The position numbers and the translations under genes were made by a program. Below, in pieces: positions 8,660 through 16,948 of a stretch of DNA of 35,158 nt. This DNA comes from Candidatus Brevefilum sp. Lineage in GTDB: Bacteria > Chloroflexota > Anaerolineae > Anaerolineales > Anaerolineaceae. The stretch lies in NCBI GenBank assembly GCA_007119455.1, contig SKPR01000145.1, forward strand, positions 1-35,158, given 5' to 3'. The notes below the pieces were generated by a model. That model saw nothing but the letters and a program-made list of their open reading frames with translations. It did not search any database and was not told the DNA's origin. Within the stretch, counting starts at the first letter, position 1, and each line of letters begins with the position of its first letter.

Positions 8660-9694
8660 TTAAAATAACATCTCCAGAAAATCCGCCACATCGGGCAGGG
8701 GCAGGCCTGTCAGGGAAACCAGTCGCTGGTACAGCCGGCCCAGGGGTTCCCGCTCATGCCGCATGGCATCTACAGCTTCCGGGCGCATTCCCAGGGCTTC
8801 GGCCCCTGCGCCCAGGCTGATCATGACTGATCCGATCCGCCGCAGGATGGCGATTACTTCAAAAATTTCCAAAGCTGGCACCGGGCCACCCGACTGGTGC
8901 TGGTATTCATCCAGGATCAACCTTTGAAAACCTGGCCCATGGTAAGCCAGGGCCAGGGTCAGCGTCCAGGCCAGGTCAAAGCGGTAATCGGAGACCCCGC
9001 CCGCCGTCCAGTCGATGACATACAGGTTGCCAGCCGCATCCGCCAAGATGTTGTTTTGATGAAAATCGCCATGCACCACGCTGGACCGCGCACAGCTGAC
9101 CATGCCACGGTGTGCTTTGAGCCAGTCCAAAACCAGGTTCAGCGATTCCTCGCCAGCCATGAGCAGATAGCGTTCATACTCTGCCAACCGCCTATCAAAA
9201 TGGCGGTAGGGGCCGCCAAGCGGGTCGAAATCATCCGGGTTTTCGGCATGGGGACGCCAATCCAGGGTGTGCAGGCGACGGAAGAGCGTCACAAATTGCT
9301 GCAGCGGGGCCAGGTCATCTGCCGGGGATTGGGGAAAGCGGGCCGCAAAATCTCCACCCTCAATGCGCTGCATGATGATGAAAGGCCGACCCAGGCCGTC
9401 ATCCGGTTCACCCAGGGCGAACACCTGTGGGACGGGATAACCAGCCCGGTTCAGTAAGGTGAGGAGGTTGAATTCCTTCCGGGTATCCGCCATCGCGCCA
9501 GTTGAGAGCAACCGCAACACACGGGAGGTTTCCTGCCGGTTCTCCACCGGTCCGTGGGTGAGGGTGAAAGCATAGATCTCACTTTCCCATCCTGTGTTAT
9601 TGACCCAGTCCAGGGTGATTCGAGGGTTGATCAACTCAGGCCGGTTGGCTCGATAAAAACTATTTAATGGGTGAAGTATGGGGTTCGTTGTCAT
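8660..9694 (-). CDS. Aminoglycoside phosphotransferase / choline kinase-like (APH family) protein
   Basis: Brenner motif 'VVHGDFHQNNIL', 'VIDW', 'FDLAW', 'GYPVPQV'; start taken as ATG 9694 rather than the upstream overlapping start. Confidence 0.85.
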   Translation of the reverse strand: MTTNPILHPLNSFYRANRPELINPRITLDWVNNTGWESEIYAFTLTHGPVENRQETSRVLRLLSTGAMADTRKEFNLLTLLNRAGYPVPQVFALGEPDDGLGRPFIIMQRIEGGDFAARFPQSPADDLAPLQQFVTLFRRLHTLDWRPHAENPDDFDPLGGPYRHFDRRLAEYERYLLMAGEESLNLVLDWLKAHRGMVSCARSSVVHGDFHQNNILADAAGNLYVIDWTAGGVSDYRFDLAWTLTLALAYHGPGFQRLILDEYQHQSGGPVPALEIFEVIAILRRIGSVMISLGAGAEALGMRPEAVDAMRHEREPLGRLYQRLVSLTGLPLPDVADFLEMLF

Positions 9695-9758
9695 AGGTGT
9701 ATCACTTTGTTTTATACGGTCTGAAGATTTGACGAAAAATATTTTGTTCTGGCGGAAA

Positions 9759-10631
9759 TTAAACCTCCAGGCCAAACCAGCTGCGCACAACCAGTCCGAT
9801 CAAAAAGCTGATTGCGGCGACCCCCAGACTGATTCCGGCCATTTTGATAAAACGCCTGCCAAAGGGCTGGGTTTCTGTCACGGATACAAAGAAATTGAAG
9901 AGTGCAATAATTACTACCGCCGTAGATAGGGAGACTGCCATTGCAATCAACTCATTATTTAACAAAAGGAAAGGCAGGATCAGCAAGGCTACTGTGAGGA
10001 TATAGGCTATGCCAGTATAAACAGCAGCTTTGAGCGGTTTTTTCTCTGTCTCTTCAGAACTGGTGGAAAGATATTCCGAAGAGGCCATGGAGAGGGATGC
10101 AGAAATTCCGGTGATCAGCCCCGAGAGGGCAATGAGGTTTACATCACGGAAGGCAAAGGTCAAACCGGCCAGTGCGCCGGTCAGCTCAACCAGGGCGTCA
10201 TTCAACCCCAGGACGATTGAACCAGCATAGATCAAGGATTCTTCGTCGAGCATTACCATTAATTGATCTTCATGGTCACTCTCGTCCCTGATCACATCCC
10301 GAGCTTCCGGAATATCCTTGACAATCCGCTCGTAATTGACCTGGGCTTTTACCTCACGCCATTCCATTAATTTAACACCAAATGTAAACCCAAACAGACG
10401 GCTGATGGTCAGGTACAGCCAGATTTGGAATGGGTCAGGGCTGACTGATTTTCCGGTGTACTCCTGCCAAATCTCATAATGACGTTTTTCATCTCCGGCG
10501 ATCTCAAGGATCACCTGGCGGTTGGATTCATCTGGCAGCAGATGCGCAATGCGTTTATAAACATGGTATTTGGTAATTTCAAGCTTCTGAGCTTTGATCA
10601 GCTCGGATCTGAGCGCTTCTGATAATGCCAT
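9759..10631 (-). CDS. Rubrerythrin/ferritin-like domain fused to VIT1/CCC1 iron transporter
   Basis: Di-iron motifs 'DEKRH' and 'DESDH'; VIT1 motifs 'VLGLNDALVELTG' and 'SLSMASSEYLS'; RBS GGAGG. Confidence 0.9.
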   Translation of the reverse strand: MALSEALRSELIKAQKLEITKYHVYKRIAHLLPDESNRQVILEIAGDEKRHYEIWQEYTGKSVSPDPFQIWLYLTISRLFGFTFGVKLMEWREVKAQVNYERIVKDIPEARDVIRDESDHEDQLMVMLDEESLIYAGSIVLGLNDALVELTGALAGLTFAFRDVNLIALSGLITGISASLSMASSEYLSTSSEETEKKPLKAAVYTGIAYILTVALLILPFLLLNNELIAMAVSLSTAVVIIALFNFFVSVTETQPFGRRFIKMAGISLGVAAISFLIGLVVRSWFGLEV

Positions 10632-10675
10632 TTATCCCTCCCAAATTTGGTGTCATGTTTTAATGATGACTGGCT

Positions 10676-11980
10676 TCAGACCTCCTGCAAGCGGCTTTCA
10701 GCCACGACACGCGCCTCGGATACCCGAATCTGCCCCAGCAGCCACAGGGCTGCCAGCAACAAAACGGCCTCCAGGGCAAACACCATGCCGTAAGCGGTCA
10801 GGGGCTGTCCACCCAACACCCGCACAACATCCACCACGGCTCCGCTGATCAGGTTGCCGGAAGCCTGCCCCAGGTTGTGCGAGACACCCCACACCCCCAT
10901 CAAGAGGCCGGCCCGTTCGGGGGTGGTGAACTCGATTACGGCTGTCAGCATCCCCGCAGCCGAAAGTCCCGTGGTCACACCTAGCGTGAACACCAGGATC
11001 AAAAAGATCAGGGTGTTATGGATCGCGCCTGAAAGGATCAACCCGGCAAAGGTCAACACGCCCAGGATCAACCCCACACGTACCACCCTGACATAACCGA
11101 AACGCTTGATCAGCCAGGCCCCCGCGGCTGCCATCGAGAGCAGCGTGCCGGCTCCCCAGATGGCCTCCAGGCTGGCTGTTTCGCCCACGGTCATACCCAG
11201 CACAAGGGCGGCATAAGGCTCAAGGAACACATCCTGGGCCAGGGTGCCAACAACCGTCAGCATCACAAAGATAAAGAAGCGCCGGATCTGCGGGTCGGGC
11301 CAGATCATCGTTCGGATCGTGTCCCAAAAGGGCAGGCTGCGTGCCTTGTCAGTTTCAGATTGCAAAGTAGGCTTGCGAGGTTCCTGCCGCAACACAGCCA
11401 CAATCGCCAGCAGAAAAGCCAGGACCATGGCACCTAACACAATGCTCAGAAGACGCTGGCTGGAAAAGGGGTCAAGCAGCCGTCCGAGGAAGATCGCGCC
11501 GATCATGATCCCGAAGAACATGGCAACTTTGAAAAACGTAACCGCCCGTGGGCGCTGGTCGCCGGTGAACTTGTCCGCCAACAGGGCCTCGAAGGTGTTG
11601 CTGGAGAGGTTTCGCCCAAACCCAAAGGCGATGAAGGCCATAATCAGCACGCCGATCACCAGGGCGTTGAGGGTTGAGAGTCTGACAATCACTACCGTTG
11701 TGACGGCCACCCCCAGCCCGGCCACCAGGGAACCCAGAATAATGAAAGGCTCACGGCGCAGACCCCACAGGGGGTACGCGTCCGAACGGTATCCCAGCCA
11801 GACCCGCAGGGGCGAGATCAGCAGGGGCAGGGCGAAGAACAGCCCGACCAGCACAGCCGGGATGCCCATTTCGACGATCATCACCCGGTTGAGGGTGCCG
11901 CTGACGAGCACACTGGTCAGTCCCAGCCCCAGGGGAAAACCAGCCAACCGAATATTTTGAAGGAATGAAGATTTTTTCAC
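10676..11980 (-). CDS. BCD/PucC family MFS transporter
   Basis: 'TLNRVMIVEMG', 'PLRVWLGYRSD...GLRREPFI', 'QDVFLEPYAA', 'GLLMGVWG' are PucC-family motifs; about 12 TM segments; probable GTG start 11980. Confidence 0.85.
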   Translation of the reverse strand: MKKSSFLQNIRLAGFPLGLGLTSVLVSGTLNRVMIVEMGIPAVLVGLFFALPLLISPLRVWLGYRSDAYPLWGLRREPFIILGSLVAGLGVAVTTVVIVRLSTLNALVIGVLIMAFIAFGFGRNLSSNTFEALLADKFTGDQRPRAVTFFKVAMFFGIMIGAIFLGRLLDPFSSQRLLSIVLGAMVLAFLLAIVAVLRQEPRKPTLQSETDKARSLPFWDTIRTMIWPDPQIRRFFIFVMLTVVGTLAQDVFLEPYAALVLGMTVGETASLEAIWGAGTLLSMAAAGAWLIKRFGYVRVVRVGLILGVLTFAGLILSGAIHNTLIFLILVFTLGVTTGLSAAGMLTAVIEFTTPERAGLLMGVWGVSHNLGQASGNLISGAVVDVVRVLGGQPLTAYGMVFALEAVLLLAALWLLGQIRVSEARVVAESRLQEV

Positions 11981-12180
11981 GATGCCTGCTCCCAAGATAC
12001 CATTAAAGAGAACTGTATGAAGGATAACCGCTTTAAGGATGAGATTCAAGGCCTGGGGTTATGTTTTATTGCAGTTAGGTGAGGTGCATGCGTTTAGGTT
12101 TCAGGCAGCATGGTGGTCGCCAGTGTTTGACCCAATCTCCTATTATTTTTCACGATATGCAAATTTATCGAAAAGGAATT

Positions 12181-13242
12181 TCAATTTCTTCTGGTTTTAA
12201 ACCGCCTGGCCACCAACCTGGTTGCCAATAAAGTGATGAGGATCAGGACTCCCAGCACGATCAGATCACCGGCCACGTCACCGAACCTGGCATTCTGCAG
12301 GCTGATATCAACAATCGGACCAAGCATGTAATACGTAGGGAAGACACGGCTCACCCATTCTGGAATCTGGGGGAACATGAAGAGGAATGCCGGTGCAAAC
12401 AAAAGGATGCCAATCGTCTTCCAGGCCGTGAAGAGGTTGGTAATATCACTCACCAGCAGGCCCATAATGATGCCCCACATCACGACCAGGATCGAACTTA
12501 AAATCAACACCAGGCCGAGGAGTAAGGGTTCAACACCCCAGGCCTGGTTGATGGTCAGGATGATGGCGCCCATAATCATGCTGATCAGAACACCTGAGAT
12601 TCCTTTTGCCACCAGCAGCTCCTCCAAAGAAACCGGAGTCACCAACAGGGCTTTAATGGTGCGCTTTTGCTTCTCATCCACGATAAAGGTGGCCGGGACC
12701 ATCATACCCCCAAGGGTGATCGTTATGATTACCACCAGGGGGAACAGTCGAATATCCCAGGGTATACTTTCTTGATCGCCAAGTAAAATAACCTGGGTCT
12801 CGACCGGAAGATCATGCCCGGCCAGGTCGATGATTTGCGTGACCAACGCCGCACCCAGTTGAGTCCGGTGCCTGAGCAGGCTCTCGCCCCATGTCAAGAA
12901 ATTCAGAGTAGGAGCCCTTCCCTCCTGTAACTTTACTTCCAGATCTATCGGCAGGACAAGGCCCATGTCGAGCCGGCCGCGAGCCACATCCTCCCGCAGT
13001 TCTGCCGAGGTTTCATAACGGTGAAGAATCAGATAGTCCAGTTCGGCCAGATTATCCACCAGTTCAGTTTGTCCGAGGTCAACAACCCCCAGACGGGGGA
13101 GATCCGCAAAGAGTGATCCAGCCAACAAGGAAATCACCAGTGATAGGATGACGGGGACCACCACAGCAAAGATAAATACCAGGTTCTTTGGCCCATAAAA
13201 GAAATCCTTACTGACCAGAACAGCTATTCGCCGTAGTTTCAT
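12181..13242 (-). CDS. ABC-2 type exporter permease
   Basis: N-terminal TM, extracellular domain, five further TMs, 'VDEKQKRTIKALLVTPVS..ELL..K'; ATGA overlap with upstream permease. Confidence 0.9.
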   Translation of the reverse strand: MKLRRIAVLVSKDFFYGPKNLVFIFAVVVPVILSLVISLLAGSLFADLPRLGVVDLGQTELVDNLAELDYLILHRYETSAELREDVARGRLDMGLVLPIDLEVKLQEGRAPTLNFLTWGESLLRHRTQLGAALVTQIIDLAGHDLPVETQVILLGDQESIPWDIRLFPLVVIITITLGGMMVPATFIVDEKQKRTIKALLVTPVSLEELLVAKGISGVLISMIMGAIILTINQAWGVEPLLLGLVLILSSILVVMWGIIMGLLVSDITNLFTAWKTIGILLFAPAFLFMFPQIPEWVSRVFPTYYMLGPIVDISLQNARFGDVAGDLIVLGVLILITLLATRLVARRFKTRRN

Positions 13243-14297
13243 GAGAACTTCCTCCTCAGAACGGTACTTCCCAGGCCAAAAAACACCAGGATAAATCCGA
13301 GCAAGATCACCATATTCTGCCAGACCTGGCCCCAACCCGCGCCCATATTGATCACCTGGTGCAGGGTATCAGCCAAATAGTGGGAGGGGATCAAACGCAC
13401 CCAGCGCGTCAGCAGCCCGGGGAAGATCACCCCGACAGGCGGAATGCTCAACACGATAATGACTAACATACCAACACCCATCACCGAAAGCAGATCCCGA
13501 CCAGCTGCCCCGAGGAGAAACCCGATCCCGGTCACAAGGAGGGAACCAAGGAAGAGGGCGGTTAAAACTATAAATGGACTCTGCCGAAAGCCGCCCATGA
13601 TGAGCAACAGCAGACCGACCTGGGTCATGGTCAGCATGACACTGACAAAGCCCTTGCTGACCAGAAGCTCACGCACCCCCATGGGCGTAATCAATAAGGC
13701 TTTAATGGTACGGGTTTCAATTTCCTGGGCTGTAAGGGCTGAAAGACCCATCGTTTCAAACATCAAGACAAATACCGCAAATAAGGGCACCAGGCGATCC
13801 CGGTAGGGGACCTGCTGACCCACCAGGTCAGGCCCGAGGATTTCTTCAGTGACTTCAAAATCCAGGGGGATATCAAACAGGGCGAACACTATTGTTTCCA
13901 CAAGGGCTTCAGCCATGGCCAGCATTTCTTCCGGTGCATCCGATGGAAGGTAGATTGTCACTTCTAATTGCTCACCGCTTTGGATGGTTTCAGTCATCAG
14001 ATTCGAGAAGGCAATTCCCAGAGCCACCTCCCCTTCGAGGACGATCTGCCGGAGTTCGGACTGAGATGTTGTCATAACCACACGTTCGCCTTCTTCCTCA
14101 AAGAAGGCCGTTATTGCCTCATCCGCAACCGGCGTATACAGCCCCAGACCGATTGTTTCATCAATTGTATCCGGGAGGAGCAGGTACATAGCAGCATAAA
14201 AAACCAGCCCAAAAATGATAATAAAGGCAAAGAAGCTGTTACGAAAGAGCAGCGTCAGGTCTTTGGCAACCAGCGCCCGGACAGTGAACCACTTCAT
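13239..14297 (-). CDS. ABC-2 type exporter permease
   Basis: 'AQEIETRTIKALLITPMG..ELL.SK', 'LIPSHYL'; GAGG RBS before ATG 14297; paralogous to the downstream permease. Confidence 0.9.
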   Translation of the reverse strand: MKWFTVRALVAKDLTLLFRNSFFAFIIIFGLVFYAAMYLLLPDTIDETIGLGLYTPVADEAITAFFEEEGERVVMTTSQSELRQIVLEGEVALGIAFSNLMTETIQSGEQLEVTIYLPSDAPEEMLAMAEALVETIVFALFDIPLDFEVTEEILGPDLVGQQVPYRDRLVPLFAVFVLMFETMGLSALTAQEIETRTIKALLITPMGVRELLVSKGFVSVMLTMTQVGLLLLIMGGFRQSPFIVLTALFLGSLLVTGIGFLLGAAGRDLLSVMGVGMLVIIVLSIPPVGVIFPGLLTRWVRLIPSHYLADTLHQVINMGAGWGQVWQNMVILLGFILVFFGLGSTVLRRKFS

Positions 14298-14358
14298 GAC
14301 TGTCTTCCTCTGCAAAGACCCTCAAGCGTTATTCTCACACAACGCCCATCAATCCTGG

Positions 14359-15225
14359 TCATTGTGTCAACCTCTGTCCCGTTACCTGGATGAAGATGTC
14401 TTCCAGGCTGGCTTCTTCGCTGTGGACGGTCACCACCTGTTCGTTACGGAAAAGCTCTGCCACCTGATCTGCCGTATCCGTCTGATCCAGGGGGATCAGG
14501 CGATCCTCCAGCACACCACCCTGACTTTCCACCTGTACTCTGATGATCCGTCTACCGTAACGCTGTTTGAGGTTGTGCGGCGTGTCGAGGGCTTCGATCT
14601 TCCCCTGGCTGATAAAAGCCACCCGGTCCGATAGGCGGTCTGCTTCATGCATATCATGGGTGGTCAGAAAGATGGTTGCACCGCGCGCCTGCTCCTCAAG
14701 TATCAGATCGCGGATGGCTTCAGCCGATACAGGATCCAGACCTTCCGTTGGTTCATCCAAAAACAGGATCGCCGGCCGGTTAATCAGGGCACGCGCTACC
14801 ATCAGGCGTTGCTTCATCCCCTTCGAGTAACCTTCAACCCGGTCACCGCCGCGTCCATCCAGCCCAACACGGCGGATCAGCGAAGCCGTATCAAAATCGC
14901 TGATATCAAACAGCCGGGCAAAGAGCTTCAGGTTTTCAACACCTGACATTTGTTCATACAGGTTGGTCGTCTCAAAACAAACGCCGATTTGGGATTGGAT
15001 ATGAGCGATATTCTGTGTGACGTCCCTCCCGAGGAGGTGAGCTGATCCCTGATAGGGCTTCAGCTGGCCGGTCAGCATACCCACGGCCGTTGTCTTTCCT
15101 GCACCGTTTGGACCCAGGAAGCCCAATATTTCGCCTTTTGCCACGGTAAAACTGATCCCGTCAACGGCAGTCAGTGATCCATAGCGGTAAACCAGGTTTT
15201 CTGCTTGGATTGTGATCTCATTCAT
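14359..15225 (-). CDS. ABC transporter ATP-binding protein (DrrA/CcmA-like exporter)
   Basis: Walker A GPNGAGKT, signature YSKGMKQR, Walker B LFLDEPT, H-loop LTTH, C-terminal SLEDIF. Confidence 0.95.
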   Translation of the reverse strand: MNEITIQAENLVYRYGSLTAVDGISFTVAKGEILGFLGPNGAGKTTAVGMLTGQLKPYQGSAHLLGRDVTQNIAHIQSQIGVCFETTNLYEQMSGVENLKLFARLFDISDFDTASLIRRVGLDGRGGDRVEGYSKGMKQRLMVARALINRPAILFLDEPTEGLDPVSAEAIRDLILEEQARGATIFLTTHDMHEADRLSDRVAFISQGKIEALDTPHNLKQRYGRRIIRVQVESQGGVLEDRLIPLDQTDTADQVAELFRNEQVVTVHSEEASLEDIFIQVTGQRLTQ

Positions 15226-15290
15226 CGTATATACTTTCTTAAAGTGAATGGTGAATGGCAAATTGTGACCCGTGACGCGTCCTGATTATC

Positions 15291-15361
15291 TTGCCAGGAT
15301 TTATTCGTGATAAGGGAATCCCTCACACTTCAGGATCAACTAATAAAATTTAGCTTAATAA
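15291..15361. repeat. 71-bp direct repeat, copy 1
   Basis: Ungapped manual alignment to 15510-15580 gives 60/71 identical bases. Confidence 0.85.
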
Positions 15362-15412
15362 TACTGAATTATAATGCTGGTCAACAAGTTTAGAACAATC
15401 TATTCTAATTAA

Positions 15413-15493
15413 GTGAGTGGTGAGTGGTGAATGGTGAGTGGTGAATGGTAAGTGGTGAGTGGTGAGTAGTGAATGGTGAGTGGTGAATGGTGA
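15413..15493. repeat. Heptamer tandem repeat (GTGARTG) x11 plus partial unit
   Basis: gtgagtg gtgagtg gtgaatg gtgagtg gtgaatg gtaagtg gtgagtg gtgagta gtgaatg gtgagtg gtgaatg gtga. Confidence 0.95.
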
Positions 15494-15509
15494 CCCATCC
15501 TCAATCGCG

Positions 15510-15580
15510 TTGACAGGATTGATTCGTGAAAAGAGACTTACTCATTCTTCAGGATCAACCAATAAAATTTATCTTAATAA
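15510..15580. repeat. 71-bp direct repeat, copy 2
   Basis: Matches 15291-15361; copies are offset by 219 bp. Confidence 0.85.
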
Positions 15581-15594
15581 AGATGATCTGTTGC

Positions 15595-15660
15595 GGCGGG
15601 ATGAAAAACGCATCCCGCCCTACAAATTATCGTAGGGTGCGGTCTGGTTTGGACCGCACC
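15595..15660. repeat. Divergent doublet of GTAG-type REP-like palindromes
   Basis: Minus 15623-15595: GTAG-GGCGGGATG-cgttttt-CATCCCGCC; plus 15632-15660: GTAG-GGTGCGGTC-tggtttg-GACCGCACC. Both are 4+9+7+9 nt. Confidence 0.7.
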
Positions 15661-15697
15661 AAGTCTTTCTGGTGTAAAGAAATCCAAATTTAATGAC

Positions 15698-15794
15698 TTT
15701 GTGGTGTGGTGCTAAAAAAGACATTGAACTTACGAAACACCAAGGCAATTACATGCCTGGTCCTGTCCAAGATCTTTGTGCAACACACCACAAA
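15698..15794. repeat. 97-bp element with imperfect terminal inverted repeats (MITE-like or long hairpin)
   Basis: TTTGTGGTGTGgTGCtaAAAaaGA versus the reverse complement of the right end, TTTGTGGTGTGtTGCacAAAGA; the outer 11 bp are perfect. Confidence 0.5.
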
Positions 15795-15824
15795 ACTTTC
15801 CGAAATCCCCCTGATAAATGACCA

Positions 15825-16829
15825 CTATGGCAACATATTATCGTAGCTCTGCAAGGCCTTCATGTAATTGGCCCGTTCAAAGGCAGCGGGGTTGTCCACA
15901 TGCTGCTGACTCATGGAGCCACGCATCTGGGTCACCGATTCATATTCATAAGCCGTCATCCAGTTTTCCATTTCGGCCAGGATATCCACGGCTCGATCAA
16001 CCCCATTGGCGACAAATTCTGAAGCGACCTGGGCGACATTGGCACCGGCCATGACCGACTTCACCAGATCTACCCCGGTGTGCACGCCGGTGGTCAGCGC
16101 CAGGTCGGCATCAATGCGGCCATGAAGGAGCGCCATCCACCGCAGGGGTAATAACAGCTCGGCTGATGTGGAAAGGTTCAGGGTTGGGTCAACTTCCATA
16201 TTTTCGATATCAATATCCGGCTGAATGAAGCGGTTGAACAGCACCAGGCCATCGGCCCCTGCTTCGATCAACAGGTTGATGAGGTTAGGCAGGGCGGTGA
16301 AGAACGGGCTCAATTTAACCGAAACAGGGATGTTGACATTGTCACACACAGCTTTGACCAGTTCGAAGTAATTATCCTCCAGCTGGCAGGCTTCGATATC
16401 CGGGTTGATGGGGATGTAGTAAGTGTTTAACTCCAGGGCATCCGCACCGGCCTGTTCCATCTTTTTGGCGTATTCGATCCACCCGGTATTGGAGACGCCG
16501 TTCAGACTGCTAATCACGGGGATATCAACGGCTTCTTTGTTCTTCCGAATCCGCTCCAGGTATTCATCCGGCCCGACGTTGTATTGTTCCAGATTGGGGA
16601 AGTAATCCAATGATTCAGCAAATCGTTCTGTGCCGCGTTCCATGTAGTAGTTGAAAGCCAGGCTGTCGTGGGTGATCTGTTCCTCGAACAGGGAATACAT
16701 CACAACGCCACTGATGCCCATATCCTCCATTTTTTTGACCATTTCCGCCTTTTTAGATAAGGCTGAGGCTGCGGACATCAGGGGGTTTTTGAGTTCCAGT
16801 CCCAGGTAAGTGGTTTTTAAATCTGTCAT
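15825..16829 (-). CDS. Dihydroorotate dehydrogenase-like FMN protein (PFOR-associated type)
   Basis: 'DLKTTYLGLELKNPL', 'SLFEEQI', 'GADALELN', 'VKLSPFF', 'LVLFNRFIQPDID', 'FERANYMKAL'; GGAGG RBS; alternative start 16832. Confidence 0.9.
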   Translation of the reverse strand: MTDLKTTYLGLELKNPLMSAASALSKKAEMVKKMEDMGISGVVMYSLFEEQITHDSLAFNYYMERGTERFAESLDYFPNLEQYNVGPDEYLERIRKNKEAVDIPVISSLNGVSNTGWIEYAKKMEQAGADALELNTYYIPINPDIEACQLEDNYFELVKAVCDNVNIPVSVKLSPFFTALPNLINLLIEAGADGLVLFNRFIQPDIDIENMEVDPTLNLSTSAELLLPLRWMALLHGRIDADLALTTGVHTGVDLVKSVMAGANVAQVASEFVANGVDRAVDILAEMENWMTAYEYESVTQMRGSMSQQHVDNPAAFERANYMKALQSYDNMLP

Positions 16830-16877
16830 CATTCCTCCATTGATTATTTTCGTAATTTTTGATTCAAGCTGATCGAT

Positions 16878-16915
16878 AAAAACAAATGGTGATGAACGGG
16901 TCGTCCATCACCATT
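16878..16915 (-). terminator. Intrinsic terminator-like hairpin between nifJ and the DHOD-like gene
   Basis: AATGGTGATGgACG-acc-CGTtCATCACCATT followed by TGTTTTT on the minus strand. Confidence 0.6.
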
Positions 16916-16948
16916 AAGTATACTGATCAAGGTTTGTTGACTCAAAAC

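Noticed and set aside
1785-9694. Run of small accessory genes (GNAT, MTases, APH) as an integron cassette array
   Set aside because: Genes occur in both orientations, no repeated attC-like sites were seen between them, and there is no integrase in the window.
8660-9694. APH-like kinase as an antibiotic resistance gene
   Set aside because: Only superfamily-level motifs are visible, and nothing ties it to characterised aminoglycoside kinases.
11244-11960. 238-aa plus-strand ORF and similar ORFs antisense to membrane-protein genes
   Set aside because: Shadow frames opposite well-supported hydrophobic CDSs, with no motifs or RBS.
15291-15580. Repeats as a CRISPR array
   Set aside because: Only two 71-bp copies plus contiguous 7-mers, with no repeat-spacer periodicity and no cas genes.
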